A stretch of DNA of 64,000 nt from Felis catus (GCF_018350175.1 NC_058369.1:9798001-9862000), one strand, 5' to 3'. Counted from the stretch's first letter, positions 10,501-24,599 are shown. Numbers and translations: made by a program. Notes: generated by a model from the sequence alone, not told the origin.

Positions 10501-13500
10501 TGCTGAAATGATAGGGTACAAAATGTTTACTCTGGGAGAGGCAGGTGGGAACAGTACAACCACAAACCTCACAGGGGCAGGGACCACGCCTGATGTGCTG
10601 ACTCCTGGAAGAGCAGGCTCTTGATAAGCATGTAACTGAATTAATTTTTTAAACATTTCAACAGGACAGCCGAAGAAACAGAGGCCAATGTTTGTGAAGC
10701 AAGCTGGGTTCTGTGTTCCAGGACAGGCACAGCTGCAGAATCAGGCCAACCTGGGAACAGACCCAGCCTGCTTCACTCAACTGCTTCACCTTGGGCAGGT
10801 GCCCAACCTCCTTCAGCCTCTTATCCACACCCAGTGTGTGGAAAGAGAACCACCTACCTTCCAGGGTGTGACCACAAAGCACTTAGCCCAGATTCAGGTG
10901 TGCCAGTGGTCAGGGATGTGGTGCCTCCCTGGGGGTGGGGCCGAAGCGAGGCTGCCACCTGCCCTAGACAGGTGAATGCCAATGGCCAGTGTAGGCTCAG
11001 TAGCCAGGAAAGGTGATTTGGGGCAGCTCTCCCACTGCCTCTTGGGCAGGCAGATCCCTGAAGGAAAGAAAGTCCCTACGAATTCCAGCAGGAAAGCAAA
11101 ATTCTTGTATATATTTGGAAAAAAAAATTCATATCAGGACCCTGAAACGACCCTTAAGATGGGCAAAGGCTCTTTTCAGTTGGAGACTGAAGTCCTCTCC
11201 CCCATGCCCAGCTTTGACAACACTGGCTTTTTCAAAGGTACCCTCAAGGCTTCAGACATCCTCTTTATATCCTTCAGAAACCTGCAGCCAGGGCCAGGCC
11301 CTGAAGCGTGGAGAGGGTGGGCACACCTGGGGGCTCCAGTCAAGGAATGGAGGACCTCCACCAACTCTGCCTGGGCTGACGGAATGCATGTGTGTCACTG
11401 CCTGGGGCTCTGCAGTTCCCACACAAACTCCTTACAGAAAGAAAGGCAGGACTGTCCTATCTGGAAAATCACTGACTCCATACACACTGAAACTAAACCT
11501 CATTCTCCTAGACCCGTGTGCTGTATAAACAGATGACCACACACCCCAAATTCCCCACCGGTGTGTGGTTTGTGACAGGGCTCATGGCCACTTGACACCT
11601 ATCTTGGGATGGTCTGGCTATCATGTGGGGAAACTCTTACCTGCTCAGGTGAGGCTGCAAGGTCAGGGACTTCTAGGGCATCCCGTATCTGGCTGTCTGG
11701 CAGGAAGTGAGGTTCCATGGCTGGAGACTCCCCCAAGAGAGCCTGGTCTGCAGAGCCAGGAGGGGGTTCAGACCAGCCTGTGGGATCTTCAGGGGCACCT
11801 GGGTGGTCGTGGCAGGCCCTGGTCTCCTGGGAAGGGCCACCCACTGCTTCTCTGTGCACTGGAGGAGCAAAGGCTCCAAGAGACAGATTGAACCAGTCAA
11901 GGTCTTCTTTAGGGCTCTGGCTCCTTAACTCAGCTGCTTTTTCACCCTCAGGCTGCAACAGCAAAGGCAGTGCACATATCCCCCCCAGTCCCTCTTCATC
12001 CAGGCCAGGCGCCCTTGTTTGATCAACAGGTGGGCCCACTTCTGAGGCTAGAAGACTGGAATCTCCAGCACCTACTATGGGCTCTTTTATCCTGCGATCC
12101 AGAGCCAGGGAGCCTAAAGGGCCCCCCAGGATGTTGCCAGGGGGCTTGTCTTCCCACCTTGCCTCCCTTCTGCCTCCTGCCTCCCCAGTGAGAAGTGTGC
12201 AGCTGAGCAGGGCCCCACTGTGGCCTCCATCAGGGGCCTTCCCACTGGGAGAGGAAGGTGCCCTGGTGTTGGCCTGTTCATCTGGCTTGGCCACCTCTGG
12301 AGCCCTCCGTTCTGGCTCAGTGGGGTCTGTCCTCCTGTCTGTGATGACAACGGTCCCAAGGGAGGAATGACTTGGGCCACTACAGCTCTGTTCTGCTTCC
12401 CTGCTAGTCTTGCTGGGTATCTGCATGGGGTCAGAGAGGGCCTGGTCTGCAGATCCGGGCTCTGGGCCCTGAGTGGAGGAGGGACCCAGGACACTGTCTC
12501 CTTTTTCTCTGTGCCCCTCAGGCAGGTCAGCCTCTGCTCCCCCTTGGACACCTGCTTCCTGGAGGCTTCCTCGGTCTGGCTCCTTCTCTTCAGCATCACT
12601 GCTCAGCAGGAGCCCTTTCTGGCCATGATAGCCTAGAACCCAACATCCCTTCCTGCTTTCACCATCCGGTGTGTTGGTTCCTTGCTCCGACAGGTGGTCC
12701 TGGCTGGCCCTCTCTGAGGCCAAGGGTACCATCCCCCGTTCTGGAGAGACATTGGTGGAAGCCGAGGGCGGAGAATCCCCACTTTCAGGCACAGGTGTCA
12801 TGAGGTTTTGGTCTCTGTGTTCAGGGTGAGTGCTGTCTACCTGGGTCTGGGCTCCCGGCTCCCTGGCCTCCCAGGAAGCAAGCCCTAGTGACTCCTCTTG
12901 CAGTCGGCTTCTGGCCTGTTGGCTACTGGGCCCTGGCGGTGTTTCCTATGGAGAGTAAAAGACTCACCCTTGAGCCTTCAATAATCAACTAAAATTTTTT
13001 CTAGTTGTAACTATACCTGTACAAAGTCTCAGATGTTACACATGGTGCACCCAGTACCATTCAGTACCAGTGCTGGGCATAGTTAGAGCCAGGGGCTGGA
13101 GTGGGGACCAGAAGCAGAGGAATCCTTCTTTCCATCAGCTCCTTCTTCCCACCAACACTGGGCACATGGAGGCTCTTGGACAGATCAAGGATATAAAAAT
13201 CAAGGGGGCCTGTGGATTGTGTCAACGTCAACTGACCGGTGTTGGCAATGGATGCTAGTTAGAAGATGTTACCACTGGAGGAAACTGGAGGAGAGCACAC
13301 AAGGACCTCTCTGTACTGTTTTATTTTCTTTCTTTTTTTTTTAATTTTTTTTTCAACGTTTTTATTTATTTTTGGGACAGAGAGAGACAGAGCATGAACG
13401 GGGGAGGGGCAGAGAGAGAGAGAGAGACACAGAAACGGAAACAGGCTCCAGGCTCCGAGCCATCAGCCCAGAGCCTGACGCGGGGCTCGAACTCACGGAC

Positions 13501-16500
13501 TGCGAGATCGTGACCTGGCTGAAGTCGGACGCTTAACCGACTGCGCCACCCAGGCGCCCCATAATTTTTAAATGTTTTTATTTTTTTTTGAAGGAGAGAG
13601 AGAGACAAAGCATGAGCAGGGGAGGAGCAGAGAGAGAGGAAGACGTAGAATTCATAGCAGGCTCCAGGCTCTGAGCTGTCAGCACAGGGCCCGATGCGGG
13701 GCTCGAACCCACGAGCTATGAGATCATAACCTGAGTCGAAGTCGGACGCTTACCCGACTGAGCCTCCCAGGCGCCCCTGTACTGTTTTTGTTTTCAATTG
13801 TGGTCTAATACGCATTATATAAAACTCACCATCTTAATCAGTAAGTATACAGTTTAGTGGCATAAAATACATGTACGCTGTTGTGCAACTGTCACCACCT
13901 TCCATCTCCAAAACTCTTTTCATCTTCCCAAGCTGAAATTCTGTCCCCATTAATCCCTGTCTCCCAGCCCCGGGCATCCAAGCATCGAGCGTCTACTTTC
14001 TGCCTCCATGGATTTGACTTCTCTAGGGACCTCCTGTAAGTGGAATCCTATAGTATTTATCCTTTTGTGGCTGGGTTATTTCACTCAGCATAATATTGCC
14101 CAGTTTCATTTATGTTGTAGCCTTTATCAGAATGTCTTTGCTTTTTAAGGCTGAATAATATCCCATTGTATGGATATGCAACATTTTGTTTATTCATCTA
14201 TCAGTGGACACTTGGGTCCATAGTATTTTTGCAATTTTTTATGAGCCTATAATTATTTCAACATAAAAACTTAAGGGACACCTGGGTGGCTCAGTCAGTT
14301 AAGCATCTGACTTTGGCTCAGGTTATGATCTTGTGGATTCGTGAGTTCAAGCCCACATCAGGCTCTGTGCTGATAGCTCATAGCCTAGAGCCTGCTTCAG
14401 ATTCTGTATTTCTTCTCTGTGCCCCTCCCCCACTTGCACTCTGTCTCTGTCTCTCTCTCAAAAATAAACAAACATTAAAAAAAAAAAACTTAAAAAGAGA
14501 GATGGGGTGCCTGGGTGGCTCAATCGGGTAAGCATCCAATTCTTGGGTTTTGACTCAGGTCATGATCTCACGGTTCGTGGGTTCAAGCCCTGCATCAGGC
14601 TCTATGCTGACAGCACAGAGCCTGCTTGGGATTCTTTCTCTCTCCTTCTCTCTCTGCCCCTCTCCTGCTCTCTCTCTCTCATAATAAATAAACAAACACT
14701 AAAAAAAAAAACTTAAAAGAGAGAGGGAGAAGCGAAATGTCCCTAATGGAGACAGAGATGACCAGAACAGGGTGGGAAAGAGGGTTCTGACTGGGACGTA
14801 GATAGATATTGTCCCCTAGGTAGATGGCAGCTCAATCCAGGCATTCAGACCTAAACCTGCAGAACCACTGCAGCCCTTGGATCTCCCCCAACTCGAGACA
14901 CTGGTATCTGGAATCTCCCTCTGGTATCTCCTGGTGACATCCAATGTCACATGACCGACACCAGCTCCTGAGTATGCCCTCAGAGGCTCCCTGTTTCAAC
15001 TACAGCAACTCCATCCTTCAAGCTATTCAGGCCCCAAACCCTGGAGTCAACCCATCACCTCCCTTCCTCTCACAACCATGCCATCAACTCTCCTTTCAAA
15101 CTGGACTACAAATAATTACATCTGACAGGTAGGGACTGAGGTCTGTACCCAAGGGCACCCTATAGACAGCGATTGTCCCCCCCCCCTTCCCATGCATCTT
15201 CCATACGGTTATCAGCACTGAGGGAGATGCCTCCTCCACAGTTACCTCCCTACATCAGTCAAGTCCAACCTTTCTAGGAGGGTGTGTGTTGCAAATATCA
15301 GAGCATTGAAGGTCATGGCCTGTCAGTCTGGCTTCAGTAAAGCCACTGGCAACCAGCCGCTGAGTTACACATAGCATTTCCTGCACATTTTCAGTCGACA
15401 GTGAAGCTAAGACCCCTCTTATTAGTTAGTTAATATTATTTTTTTAAAATAAGCTCTACACCAAACATGGAGCTTGAATTCACAACCCCAAGATCAGGAG
15501 TCTCATGCTCTACCAACTGAGCCAACCAGGCACCCGACCTCTCGTTTGTATGTACATATGCACGTATGTATTTATTTATTAAGTTTATTTGAGAGAGACA
15601 AACATTGCACGAGGCGGGGGAGGGACAGAGAGAGAGGGAGAATCACAAGTAGACTCTGCGCTGCCAGCACAGAGCCCAACATGGGACTAGAACTCACAAA
15701 GCCGCAAGACCATGACCTGAGCTGAAACCAAGAGTCAGACACTTAACTGACTGAGCCACCCAGGCACCCCCCGACCCCTCTTGTTTTTAAATTACACTTT
15801 TTGTGAGATCATTGTAGATTCATATGTAGTTATAAAGAAATGGCAGAAAAAGACTCGTCATGCCCTTTACCCAGTTTCCCCCAGTGGTATCATCTTATAT
15901 AACTTGAGTATAATATCACAGTCCAGATACCAACACTGATCAAGTCCACCGACCTTATTTGGCTTTCCAGCTTGACTTACGCTTGTTTGTGTGTGTGTAT
16001 GAAGTTCTACAAAGCTCTCTCAGTGGTGGAGGCTGTGCATCCACCACACAAATAAGATATGGGAAATCTCCAACACAGGGTCCCTTGTGCTGCCACGTGT
16101 AGCCACACTCACCTCCCCACCCCACCCTGGTCCAACTCCCTGCAACCACTAACCAACCCATCTCTATAAGTTTCTCATTTCAATAACGTTATGTAAATGA
16201 AACCCTACGGTATATAACCTCTTGGGACTGGCTTTTCTCACTCCACATAACGCCCTAGAAATCCATCTAGATTGTTGCGTGTATCACTGGTTTGTTCCTC
16301 TTTCATTGCTGGGTTGTGCTCTATGGTGTGTTCAGCCATTCGCCCATTAAAGGATATCGGGTGTTCTCCGCTGGGGATGATTACAAACGTGGCTGCTGGG
16401 AATGACCATCCCTCACTTTTGTAGGGGCCCCTGTTGCCAGAGACATCATCACCTTGGGAGCTCATGGTAGAAAGGACAAGAAAGTACGCTGTAAGACCCA

Positions 16501-18788
16501 TCCCCTACCCCCAACCACACAAAAGCTTCCAAGAAGTAAAGGGGTTCAGGGACAGAATGTGGATTGTCTTTTCTGCATTTTTACTACTATCATGCAACCT
16601 GGGGAAAAGGGCTGTGGCCTTGACCACTTGGGTGCAGGCACAGCTGTCCTGAGCGCCTCACACAGGCGTGGCACACGCTCCACACACATCTGTAGCATCA
16701 CGCACTGAAAAAGGGCATGCAGACAGATGCAGGTCTAGCCAATGCCAAAGAAAACCAAGGTTGAACTCAGTAGCCAAGGCTGGTCCAAGCAGCTACTGGG
16801 TGTCTAATGGGCTCACCTGCCTGATTTTAGGGATTCTACTCCTGAGGTCCTCTTCCCTCAACTCTGCTGGTCTTGTCACTGTCTTCCTGGACTTTGCAAA
16901 CTGGGGGACAAACCTCCTGGCTGAATTCTGTGGACCAGTTACAAGAACAAAGCAGCAATAAAGATAAGGGCGGAATGAGGTCTCAGAAAACAAACACCAA
17001 ACCAGTTCCTTTCTTGCAGCTTCAAATGCAGTCCTTACCCTCCACTCCATCCCCAGCACAGTCTCACCAACCTGTCAGCCTGTTGATGCTGAATGGAGCT
17101 AAGAACTCCAGCTTAAGGGAGGCAGCGTTTGTAGTACATATATGAGGCCACAGAACAGGCTCACCTGGGAAAGAGGAAGGGGTGCTGGCTCCTTTTCTGG
17201 TTCCCCGTGGAGACCGGCGGGAGCTTGTGCTTCCTCAGCAGGAGAGCTGGGTGGAGAAAGGCAAAACAGAGGTGGTTCTGAAGTTCTGGAAAGCTGTCTG
17301 TGCGCGTGGTAAGACAAACAGAATGAATCCAAAGGCAAAGTAGTGCTCAGTCTCCTGCAAGGGAGGTCCTGGAGCACCTGCTTGGAGAGGGTGGGGTGGA
17401 GAAGGGGAGCTGCGCCTAGGGTGACATGGGACTGCCAAGAAGGGTGCAGAGTCTCACATCTAGAATCCAAGCTTCCTGCTCTGGCAGCACTTTACCCTTA
17501 GAATCCCAGGAATTGGCTCCTGAAATAAGAATAGGATTTCACATTTGGAATGACACTCTAACCCCCAACTCTGCAAATTCCAGAGAAAGGAAGTTGTAGA
17601 TGCAAAAGACACAATGTCAGAAAAAACAGGTGTACTCATTAATTGCCAAAAATGCAGAAGCAACTGAGATTGCATTTAGTGGGTGAATGGATAAATAAAC
17701 TGTGGTGCATCCAGACAATGGAATATTATTCGGCATTAAAAGAAATGAGCTATCAAGCCATGAGAACACAGAGAGGAAGCTTAAATGCGTGTTACTAAGT
17801 GAAATAAGTGACCTGAAAAAGCTACATATCGTATGATGGAAACGCTATGACATTCTGGAAAAGGCAAAACTACGAAGACAATAAAAAGATCCGTGGGGCC
17901 AGAGTTGGAGAGAGGAGAGATGAACAGGTGGAGCGCAAAGAATTTTTAGGCAGTGAAAATACTGTGCATGAGATTATAATGGTAGATACATGTCATTCTA
18001 TGTTTGCCCAAACCCACAGAACATACAACACAGAGTGACCTCTAAAGTAAACTGTGGATTGCAGGTAATTATTATGTCAGTGCGGGTTCATCCTGGGTAA
18101 CAAATGCACAGCTCTGGTGAGTGATCATGACAATGGGTAAGGCTACGCATGTGTGGGGCCAGGGGTCTATATGGGAACTCTCCATTACCTTCTTTCCAAT
18201 TTTATTATAAACCCAAAGACCTTAAAAAATTAGGTCTTTTTTTAAAATGTTTATTTGTTTTTGAGAGAGAGAGAGAGACAGAGTGCAAGGGAGAGGCAGA
18301 GAGAGAGAGAGGGAGACACAGAACCCAAAACAGGCTCCAGGCTCTGCAATGTCAGCACAGAGCCCGACACGGGGCTTGAACTCACAAACTGCGAGACCAT
18401 GACCTGAGCCGAAGTCGGACACGTAACCAACTGAGCCACCCAGGCGCCCCCCCCCCCCAAATATTAGGTCTTTTTAAAAAGATTGTGAGACTTATGGTTA
18501 TATCTAAATAAATGTGGATGTATGTGTTGTTAAAAAAATCAAAATCTGGAACTAAATCTTCACAATTTCACCTTTATAAGTGGAACAGGAAAAAGCATGA
18601 AGATACAGTAACAGGTTTAAACCATGTCAGGAGGTTATGGAGACAGAATAAATCTAGATACTGACAGCAGTTCAAACTGACAGTTTGAAAAATTTTTTTT
18701 TTAATTTTTAATGCTTATTTATTTTTGAGAGAGACAGAAACAGAGTGAGAGTGGGGGAGGGGGAGAGGGAGGGGGAGAGAGAGGGAGG

Positions 18789-18832
<44 letters not shown>

Positions 18833-21800
18833 GACAGAGAGAGAGAGGCAGAATCTGAAGCAGGCTCCAGGCTCTGAGCTGTCAGCACAGAGCCCAACAT
18901 GGGGCTCAAACCCACGAATTGTGAGATCATGACCTAAGTTGAAGTTCGATGCTCAACCAACTGAGCCACCCAGGTGCCCCAAGAGTTTGAAAATTTTTAA
19001 TTGGAGTGGATTATTTGGGTGGCTGCTAGGGTACTGGTAAAGATTTCATTTCTCAACATAAATGTGTTAAGCTTGTTGGCTTTGCTTTTTTCTGTTGTAC
19101 TTCTATGCACATGGTATTTCTTAATTAAACATTCTGAAAACAAAAACAGAAAAAAGAGAGTGGGAACCCACTTCTGTAGGTTCTGACTATTCTTATGGAC
19201 TAAGACAGTAGGGTGGGCAGTGCCTGGGACCCCATGAGCCCTGCTGGCCTCTCTAGGAGCGTGAAGCACAGTGACATCATGCTACCTGTCTGGGAGAACG
19301 GGTTAGCTGTGACATGCGGCCCCTCTTCATATCCCACACACCACAGGGCTGCCTTTAGTCTTAAGATTGCAATGACCTGCGACCACACAGCCCCCACCGC
19401 CAAAAACAGCTCTGTTGGTCAGACCATGTGCCGCAATTGTTTACTCAGAAAATTTGGTACACTGATCCATGATACTTTCTTTGAAGACTTCTGGTAGCAG
19501 GAATCCTCCTCTTAACTCCTGCTAACCCTTTCTACTTTGTTGTAGTTACATGTGGTTTAACTCCATGAATAGACTATGCTCCAGATCTTTCTTTTAACCC
19601 CATTGTGCTTAATTACATATTCCTGAAAATAAAAATAAGGAAGCTGGGAAACCATGGTGGTTAGGAACACAGGAGCCAGACACAGCCAGACCCCAGCCTG
19701 CCCTGCACCAGCTCAGTAGCCTTGGGCAAGTAAGCCATTTGATTTCTTGAAATTTCGGAGTCCTCACCTGTGACACAGGGATAAAAACTTACCTCACATA
19801 GCCACGAGGATTAAACGAACAGACAGACGTAAACCGTTTATTATTAGCACACTGTCTGGCACATAATATTTGCTATCCCCTTTCATGGCTTATTAGTTCG
19901 CAGACCCACAACTCCATCGATCCTTTCTTGGTTAAGAAGGAATGTGGGATAAACATGGATTTGACCAGCAGAGGACAAGATGCATTCTATTACCAAGTGA
20001 CCTTGAAACATTCAAGGTTTTCCTTGCCCGTGGTTAAAATATCAACCTTTCTCTCTGGAAAGGAGAGTCCTAGGAATGGCTTTGAGAAGCAACCTGAGGG
20101 GCCCTGAACCCGCAGAGGGAGGCGTGGCGTTGGATGGGTCATGGTTGTCCCCACGCTTTGGCATCCTGCCTACTGGACGGCTGTGCTGTGCCCACTGTTG
20201 GTGTGAAGGCTTGCTGGAATGTTCCAAGCCACCTACCTGGAGGCTGCCTGTACTGGTTCCTCTGTCCTCTGTTCGGCAGAGGGAACAGGTCCTGATCTGC
20301 CTTCTGACGCTTCAGGGAGACACAAACAGCCCCATTCAGAACTCTGGGGGGGCCTGCCAGAGTCTCCTAGCCTTGGGTTCTTTGGGAGTTTTGGAGGACG
20401 GATTCCTTCTCCACCTAGTTTAGAGAGAAAGGAAAATGAAGGGATGGGAGGTACAGGGAGCAGGCACTTCCACGGCTGACAACCAACATGGCAGGGCCAC
20501 TGCCGCAACATGAACAAGCTTGTTCCAAGAGCAGGAAACCCTTGCTCTGACACTAGCCTGGAGAGAGAGATGGGATGGAGCCTGGTCTAGGAGCTTAGGT
20601 AGCCATGGGATTCAAAGGCTTTTTACCTAAGGACTGGTCATGACTGAGACCAAATCCTGATGTGGCCTGGCACCAAACTACATAAGACAACCTGGTCCAG
20701 CCACCTGTCTCTCTGGGAAAGTGGGGAGAGATGTGTACTGGCTTCCTTGAGTCTCAGCTCAAATGTTCCTGCAGAGGGCCATCCCTGACTTCTCTATAGG
20801 GCACCCCCTATAGAGACCCACGGTCTGTTTCATTCACTTCACAGCTTTTTTTTTTTTTGCCAGTATCTGATGTACTGGTTATTTTCTGTCTCCCTCAATA
20901 CAACCTGCTCCATACAAAGAGGGGTCTATCTCACTCTCTACTGAGTCTCAAGTGCCTAGAAGATCATCTAGTATACCACTGGTGCTCAATAAGTACTTGG
21001 TACATGATTAAATAAACACACGTGTAAAACAGAGATCACCACCAGGAAACACTGATAGGACTAGATTATGTACCACTCTAGTTTTCTGTGATGCCTGCAG
21101 AATATCCATCCTGGGAAAACTGGGACCTATAGTCATCGAGTGCTAGGAGGTGACATCTCAGCTGCTCCTCGGCCCCTTGAATATCTGCAATACCTTCCCC
21201 ATCACTGAAAGCAATTAAGAGCCTAACACCTATTTGCTGAATGAAGGAAACACCCTTACACGGAAACTGCCAGTAGTGGCTGACTTGTAATACCTCTCTA
21301 AACCTGGCCCCAACCTACTCATTTATTCAAAAAACAAATGATAAAGGTTGAACCTAGACAACTCCATGACAGACGCTATCCTGAGAAGTTGGGTACGTTA
21401 TGATAAAACTTTGAGGCAGCATCCCACTGTTCTGCCCATCTTACAGATAAGAAAGCTGAGGCACCTGGAGGCCAAGGAATCTGGAATGGGATCCAGTCAG
21501 TCCAACTCCAGAGCCTGCATACTTAAGTGCACTTGAGCATTTATTGAGTACCTACTATGTACCGTGCCTCTGACCAGTGAGAACAAAAAGGCAAACCAGG
21601 TGGTCTTTCTGGAGTTCAGTCAGGTAGATCCTTTCCAACCTCAGCTAGAAGTAAACCCACTGAATGAGCCCCCCATCCCTAACATCTATCACTAGGGTCC
21701 TCGTTAGCATTCACTCGACTGTTTGTGCTCCAGTAGACCACTGTGACTTTCTGTAATTTTTTTTTATTCTGTTATGGTTCACGTGTACCCTTTTAGAACT

Positions 21801-22989
21801 TTACCTTACTGCCGTGTATTTGAATTAGTGCTCCCGGCGAGAAGCAATTTTCTTTCTCCCCTGCCTAGACCCTGAGGGTCATGAGGGCAGGACCTGAGTC
21901 TGCGGCACCCTTTGATCTCATCCTTGCCCCGCCTGCTGGTGTAACCTGCTTAGACGCCCGCGCCAGTGCTGTACTTAGAGCAAGGCTCCAACGAATGCTT
22001 CTTACACAAGCATATTCCCACCCTGTGGTCTGCCAAAAAAGGCAAAATTGAGCAGCTTTGTTTATTTGGTTTCTTACGATGCCCAAACACCAGCTCGCTT
22101 TACTCATCCAATGGACATGTGTACCAAATAAAAAACAAAAATATCAACAGAAGTGAAGAGCCTCCCATTTCCTTCCTGTGATCTATCCCCACAGGACTAA
22201 TTTAAGAAAAACTAAGGCAGAACCTTATGTTCAACACCAAAGGCCAAAGACGTTGGGAGGGAAGGGCTTCTTTCACCACCTGCCAGAATCCTCTTCCTCT
22301 GTCCCCACCCCTTCCAGGACACACAGAAACAGCTGTCCTGGGCCAGCCTGGGGTCCACTGAGCTAAGGAGGCCACTGCCAAGAGAGGCCCCAAATGACAT
22401 GCTGTGGGTGGGCCTGGCTGTCCCCAGCTTCCCCCTCCAAGGTCAGTGAAATTCCTGTGTTTCCAAGCAGCCTGTTGCTCATTTCTACACAAAACATTTT
22501 CAATCCGTTGCTAATTTTTGTCCCACATAGTTGGGGGGGTGGGGTGGGAAATGAGTGCTACTCCTTATGTTCATTAGCCAGTAAGTAATCATTTCTAAAC
22601 TTCTATGAGGTTTAAGTTATCTTAGACAATGACAGGGAGGTGGTGCTATACTATGTAATGTTGAGTATTTTTCTTTTCGAGTGAAGAAACGTATATGTAG
22701 GTTGACAAATAAAGAGGATGTGATATCCCATAAAGCAAAAAACAGATTATAGGTCGATATGTGTGATGATTCTATTTTCCAGTGAAAACACTATATTGGT
22801 GTATATATAGGAAAGTTTGGAACAAGTAGTGTAGCGAGGTTCATTTCTTGGCTTCTTATGCAATATTATGATTGATCGTTGTCCTGTGGTTTTGTTGGAC
22901 ATTAACCTCATGGGAAGCTGGAGGTAGGGTAGACAGAACCCTGAACTATTTTTGCAAGTTTTCTGTAAGACCAACATTACTTTAGAATG

Positions 22990-23020
<31 letters not shown>

Positions 23021-23500
23021 AAGTCTGGGGGGAGAATCATAACAGCAGCATACACTTGTGTATACCTAGGGTCTATCCTCTGTGCTTAACAAATACTAAT
23101 CCACATGTGAGCTCTAGGGCAGAGTTCTCCACCTCGGTACTGTTGACATTTGAGGCCAGATCATTCTGTGTTGTGGGGGGCTGTCCTGCGCATTCTAGGA
23201 TTTTGAGCACATCCCAGGCCTCAACCCACTAAATGCCAGTCCCTGCCACCTTCCCCACATATATCAGTTGTGAAAACCAAAAATGTCTGTAGACATTTCC
23301 AGTGTCTTCCAAGGAGCAAAAAATCCTCCCACCAGGTTGAGAATCATTGTTTGAATGGACAAGGTCGGTGCCTTTATTATCTTCTATTTACAGAAAGGAG
23401 AAACTGAGGCACAAAGTAAGTCATCTGCAATCACAGGGCAAGCATGAGAGCTAGGATGAACCCAGGTTTTTTTTTTTTTTTTTTACGTTTATTTGTTTAT

Positions 23501-23542
<42 letters not shown>

Positions 23543-24518
23543 CGATCAGAGTAGGGGCAGAGGGAGAGGGGGAGAGAGAATCCCAAGCAGGCTCCGTGCA
23601 AATCCCAGCACAGGGCCAAAATGTAGAGTTGGACACTTAACAGAATGAGCCACCCAGGCTGCCCTCAACCCAGGGTTTTGGTTCCAGAGTGAAACACTTA
23701 GCCACCAACCGATGACCCTGTAGTATATCAAAGACCTTGTAGTTGGGGGCACCTGGGCGGCTCAGTGGGTTGAGCGTCCGACTCTGGCTCAGGTCGTGAT
23801 CTTGTGGTTCATGAGTTCGAGCCCCACGTCGGGCTCTGTGCTGACAGCTCGGAGCCTGGAGCCTGCTTCGGATTCTGTGTCTCCCTCTCTGCCCCTCCCC
23901 CGTTCATGCTCTGTCTCTGTCTCAAAAATAAATAAACTTAAAAAAAAATTAAAAAGTTAAAAAAAAATAGACGTTAAAAAAAAGATCGGGGTGCCTGGGT
24001 GGCTCAGTCGGTTGAGCATCCGACTTCAGCTCAGGTCACAATCTCACCATCCGTGAGTTCGAGCCCCGCGTCGGGCTCTGGGCTGATGGCTCAGAGCCTG
24101 GAGCCTGTTTCCGATTCTGTGTCTCCTTCTCTTTCTGCCCCTCCCCCGTTCATGCTCTGTCTCAAAAATAAATAAATGTTAAAAAAAAAACTAAAAAAAA
24201 AAAAAAAAAAAGACCTTGTAGCTCTATTCACAGGTTGTCTCTGAGAGCGCACCCCTGCCCTAAGCTTGTGGGATCCCACCCGAGGGTGGAGGAAACTCCA
24301 GAAAGCTTTCACTTTTTTACCATATGCACTTTCCACAATTCACCCTTTTCTCACCAGCTCCTATGAAGTCACTCCCCCCGCCCAGGGGCTTGGCGGGGTC
24401 GTGTTAGCATTTCTACAGCAAACAGGCCCACATCCTCCCATAACCGGAAGCAGCAATAAAGACGCGTCAACTTAAGTGTCCAAATACCTGAAGTCCGAAG
24501 CTTTTTCCTCTTGGTCAT
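5553..24518 (-). CDS. BRME1: Break repair meiotic recombinase recruitment factor 1 (C19orf57/MEIOK21), 8 coding exons, 679 aa
   Basis: Coding exons on -: 24518-24488 ([11 protein letters not shown]), 20414-20237, 17246-17165, 16927-16817 ([12 protein letters not shown]), 12945-11641 (large low-complexity exon), 8179-8091, 6038-5946 ([19 protein letters not shown]), 5703-5553 ([20 protein letters not shown]...RDL*). All GT-AG with matching phases, 2040 nt total. A non-coding first exon probably ends at the CAG|GTGTGA donor at 25328. Confidence 0.93.
7129..7172. repeat. (GT)22 microsatellite
   Basis: Perfect dinucleotide run. Confidence 0.95.
7521..7570. repeat. (CA)25 microsatellite
   Basis: Perfect dinucleotide run. 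Confidence 0.95.
9040..9200. mobile_element. MER20-like hAT-Charlie fragment
   Basis: gggtagaggtcagga...cctacagtgcacaggacagccccaccacacagaactatctggggccaaatgccagcagtgcc resembles the reverse complement of the element at 23120-23350. Confidence 0.65.
13325..13777 (-). mobile_element. Nested pair of Can-SINEs (young SINEC_Fc inserted into the A-tail of an older copy)
   Basis: Two tRNA-derived heads ending ggcgcccc (13560 and 13777), (GA)n linkers and T-rich tails; outer TSD CTGTACTGTTTT at 13311 and 13777. Confidence 0.9.
13790..14220 (-). mobile_element. L1M (L1MB-like) 3' fragment
   Basis: Typical old L1 3'UTR text: gtaagtggaatc...ttatttcactcagcataat...ttttaaggctgaataatatcccattgtatggata. Confidence 0.75.
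14275..14720 (+). mobile_element. Two tandem Can-SINEs
   Basis: Heads gggacacctgggtggctcag (14275) and ggggtgcctgggtggctcaa (14504), each with (CT)n and an A-tail. Confidence 0.9.
15436..15770 (-). mobile_element. Two Can-SINEs (short old type plus full type)
   Basis: Reverse-strand heads gagccaaccaggcaccc (15535) and gagccacccaggcacccc (15770). Confidence 0.85.
15785..16400 (-). mobile_element. Old L1MC-like fragment
   Basis: ccctttacccagtttcccccagtggta...ggactggcttttctcactccacataa L1M 3' signature. Confidence 0.65.
17675..18220 (+). mobile_element. L1MC-like 3' fragment
   Basis: gaatggataaataaactgtggtgcatccagacaatggaatattattcggc...acattctggaaaaggcaaaacta. Confidence 0.75.
18237..18450 (-). 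mobile_element. Can-SINE
   Basis: Head ending caggcgcccc; TSD-like ttaggtcttttt on both sides. Confidence 0.9.
18692..18980 (-). mobile_element. Can-SINE with expanded (GA)n linker
   Basis: Head ending caggtgcccc; TSD-like agtttgaaaa. Confidence 0.9.
23120..23350. mobile_element. MER20 hAT-Charlie DNA transposon
   Basis: ttctccacctcggtactgttgacatttgaggccagatcattctgtgttgtgggggctgtcctg...ggttgagaatcattg. Confidence 0.75.
23466..23663 (-). mobile_element. Can-SINE (internally deleted)
   Basis: Poly-T, (GA)n and a head ending gagccacccaggctgccc; TSD aacccagg. Confidence 0.8.
23745..24211 (+). mobile_element. Two head-to-tail Can-SINEs inside one TSD
   Basis: Heads at about 23745 and 23987; outer TSD AAAGACCTTGTAG at 23730 and 24209. 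Confidence 0.9.
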
Positions 24519-24599
24519 TTTATTCCTCCTTTGAGAAATCTGAAAATGAGCACAATCCCATCGTTGTAAGCAGTCCTCGCCCCTGGGTACAGCCCCAGT

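Noticed and set aside
14275..14360. tRNA-like A/B-box sequences
   Set aside because: These are tRNA-derived SINE heads followed by (CT)n and A-tails, not tRNA genes.
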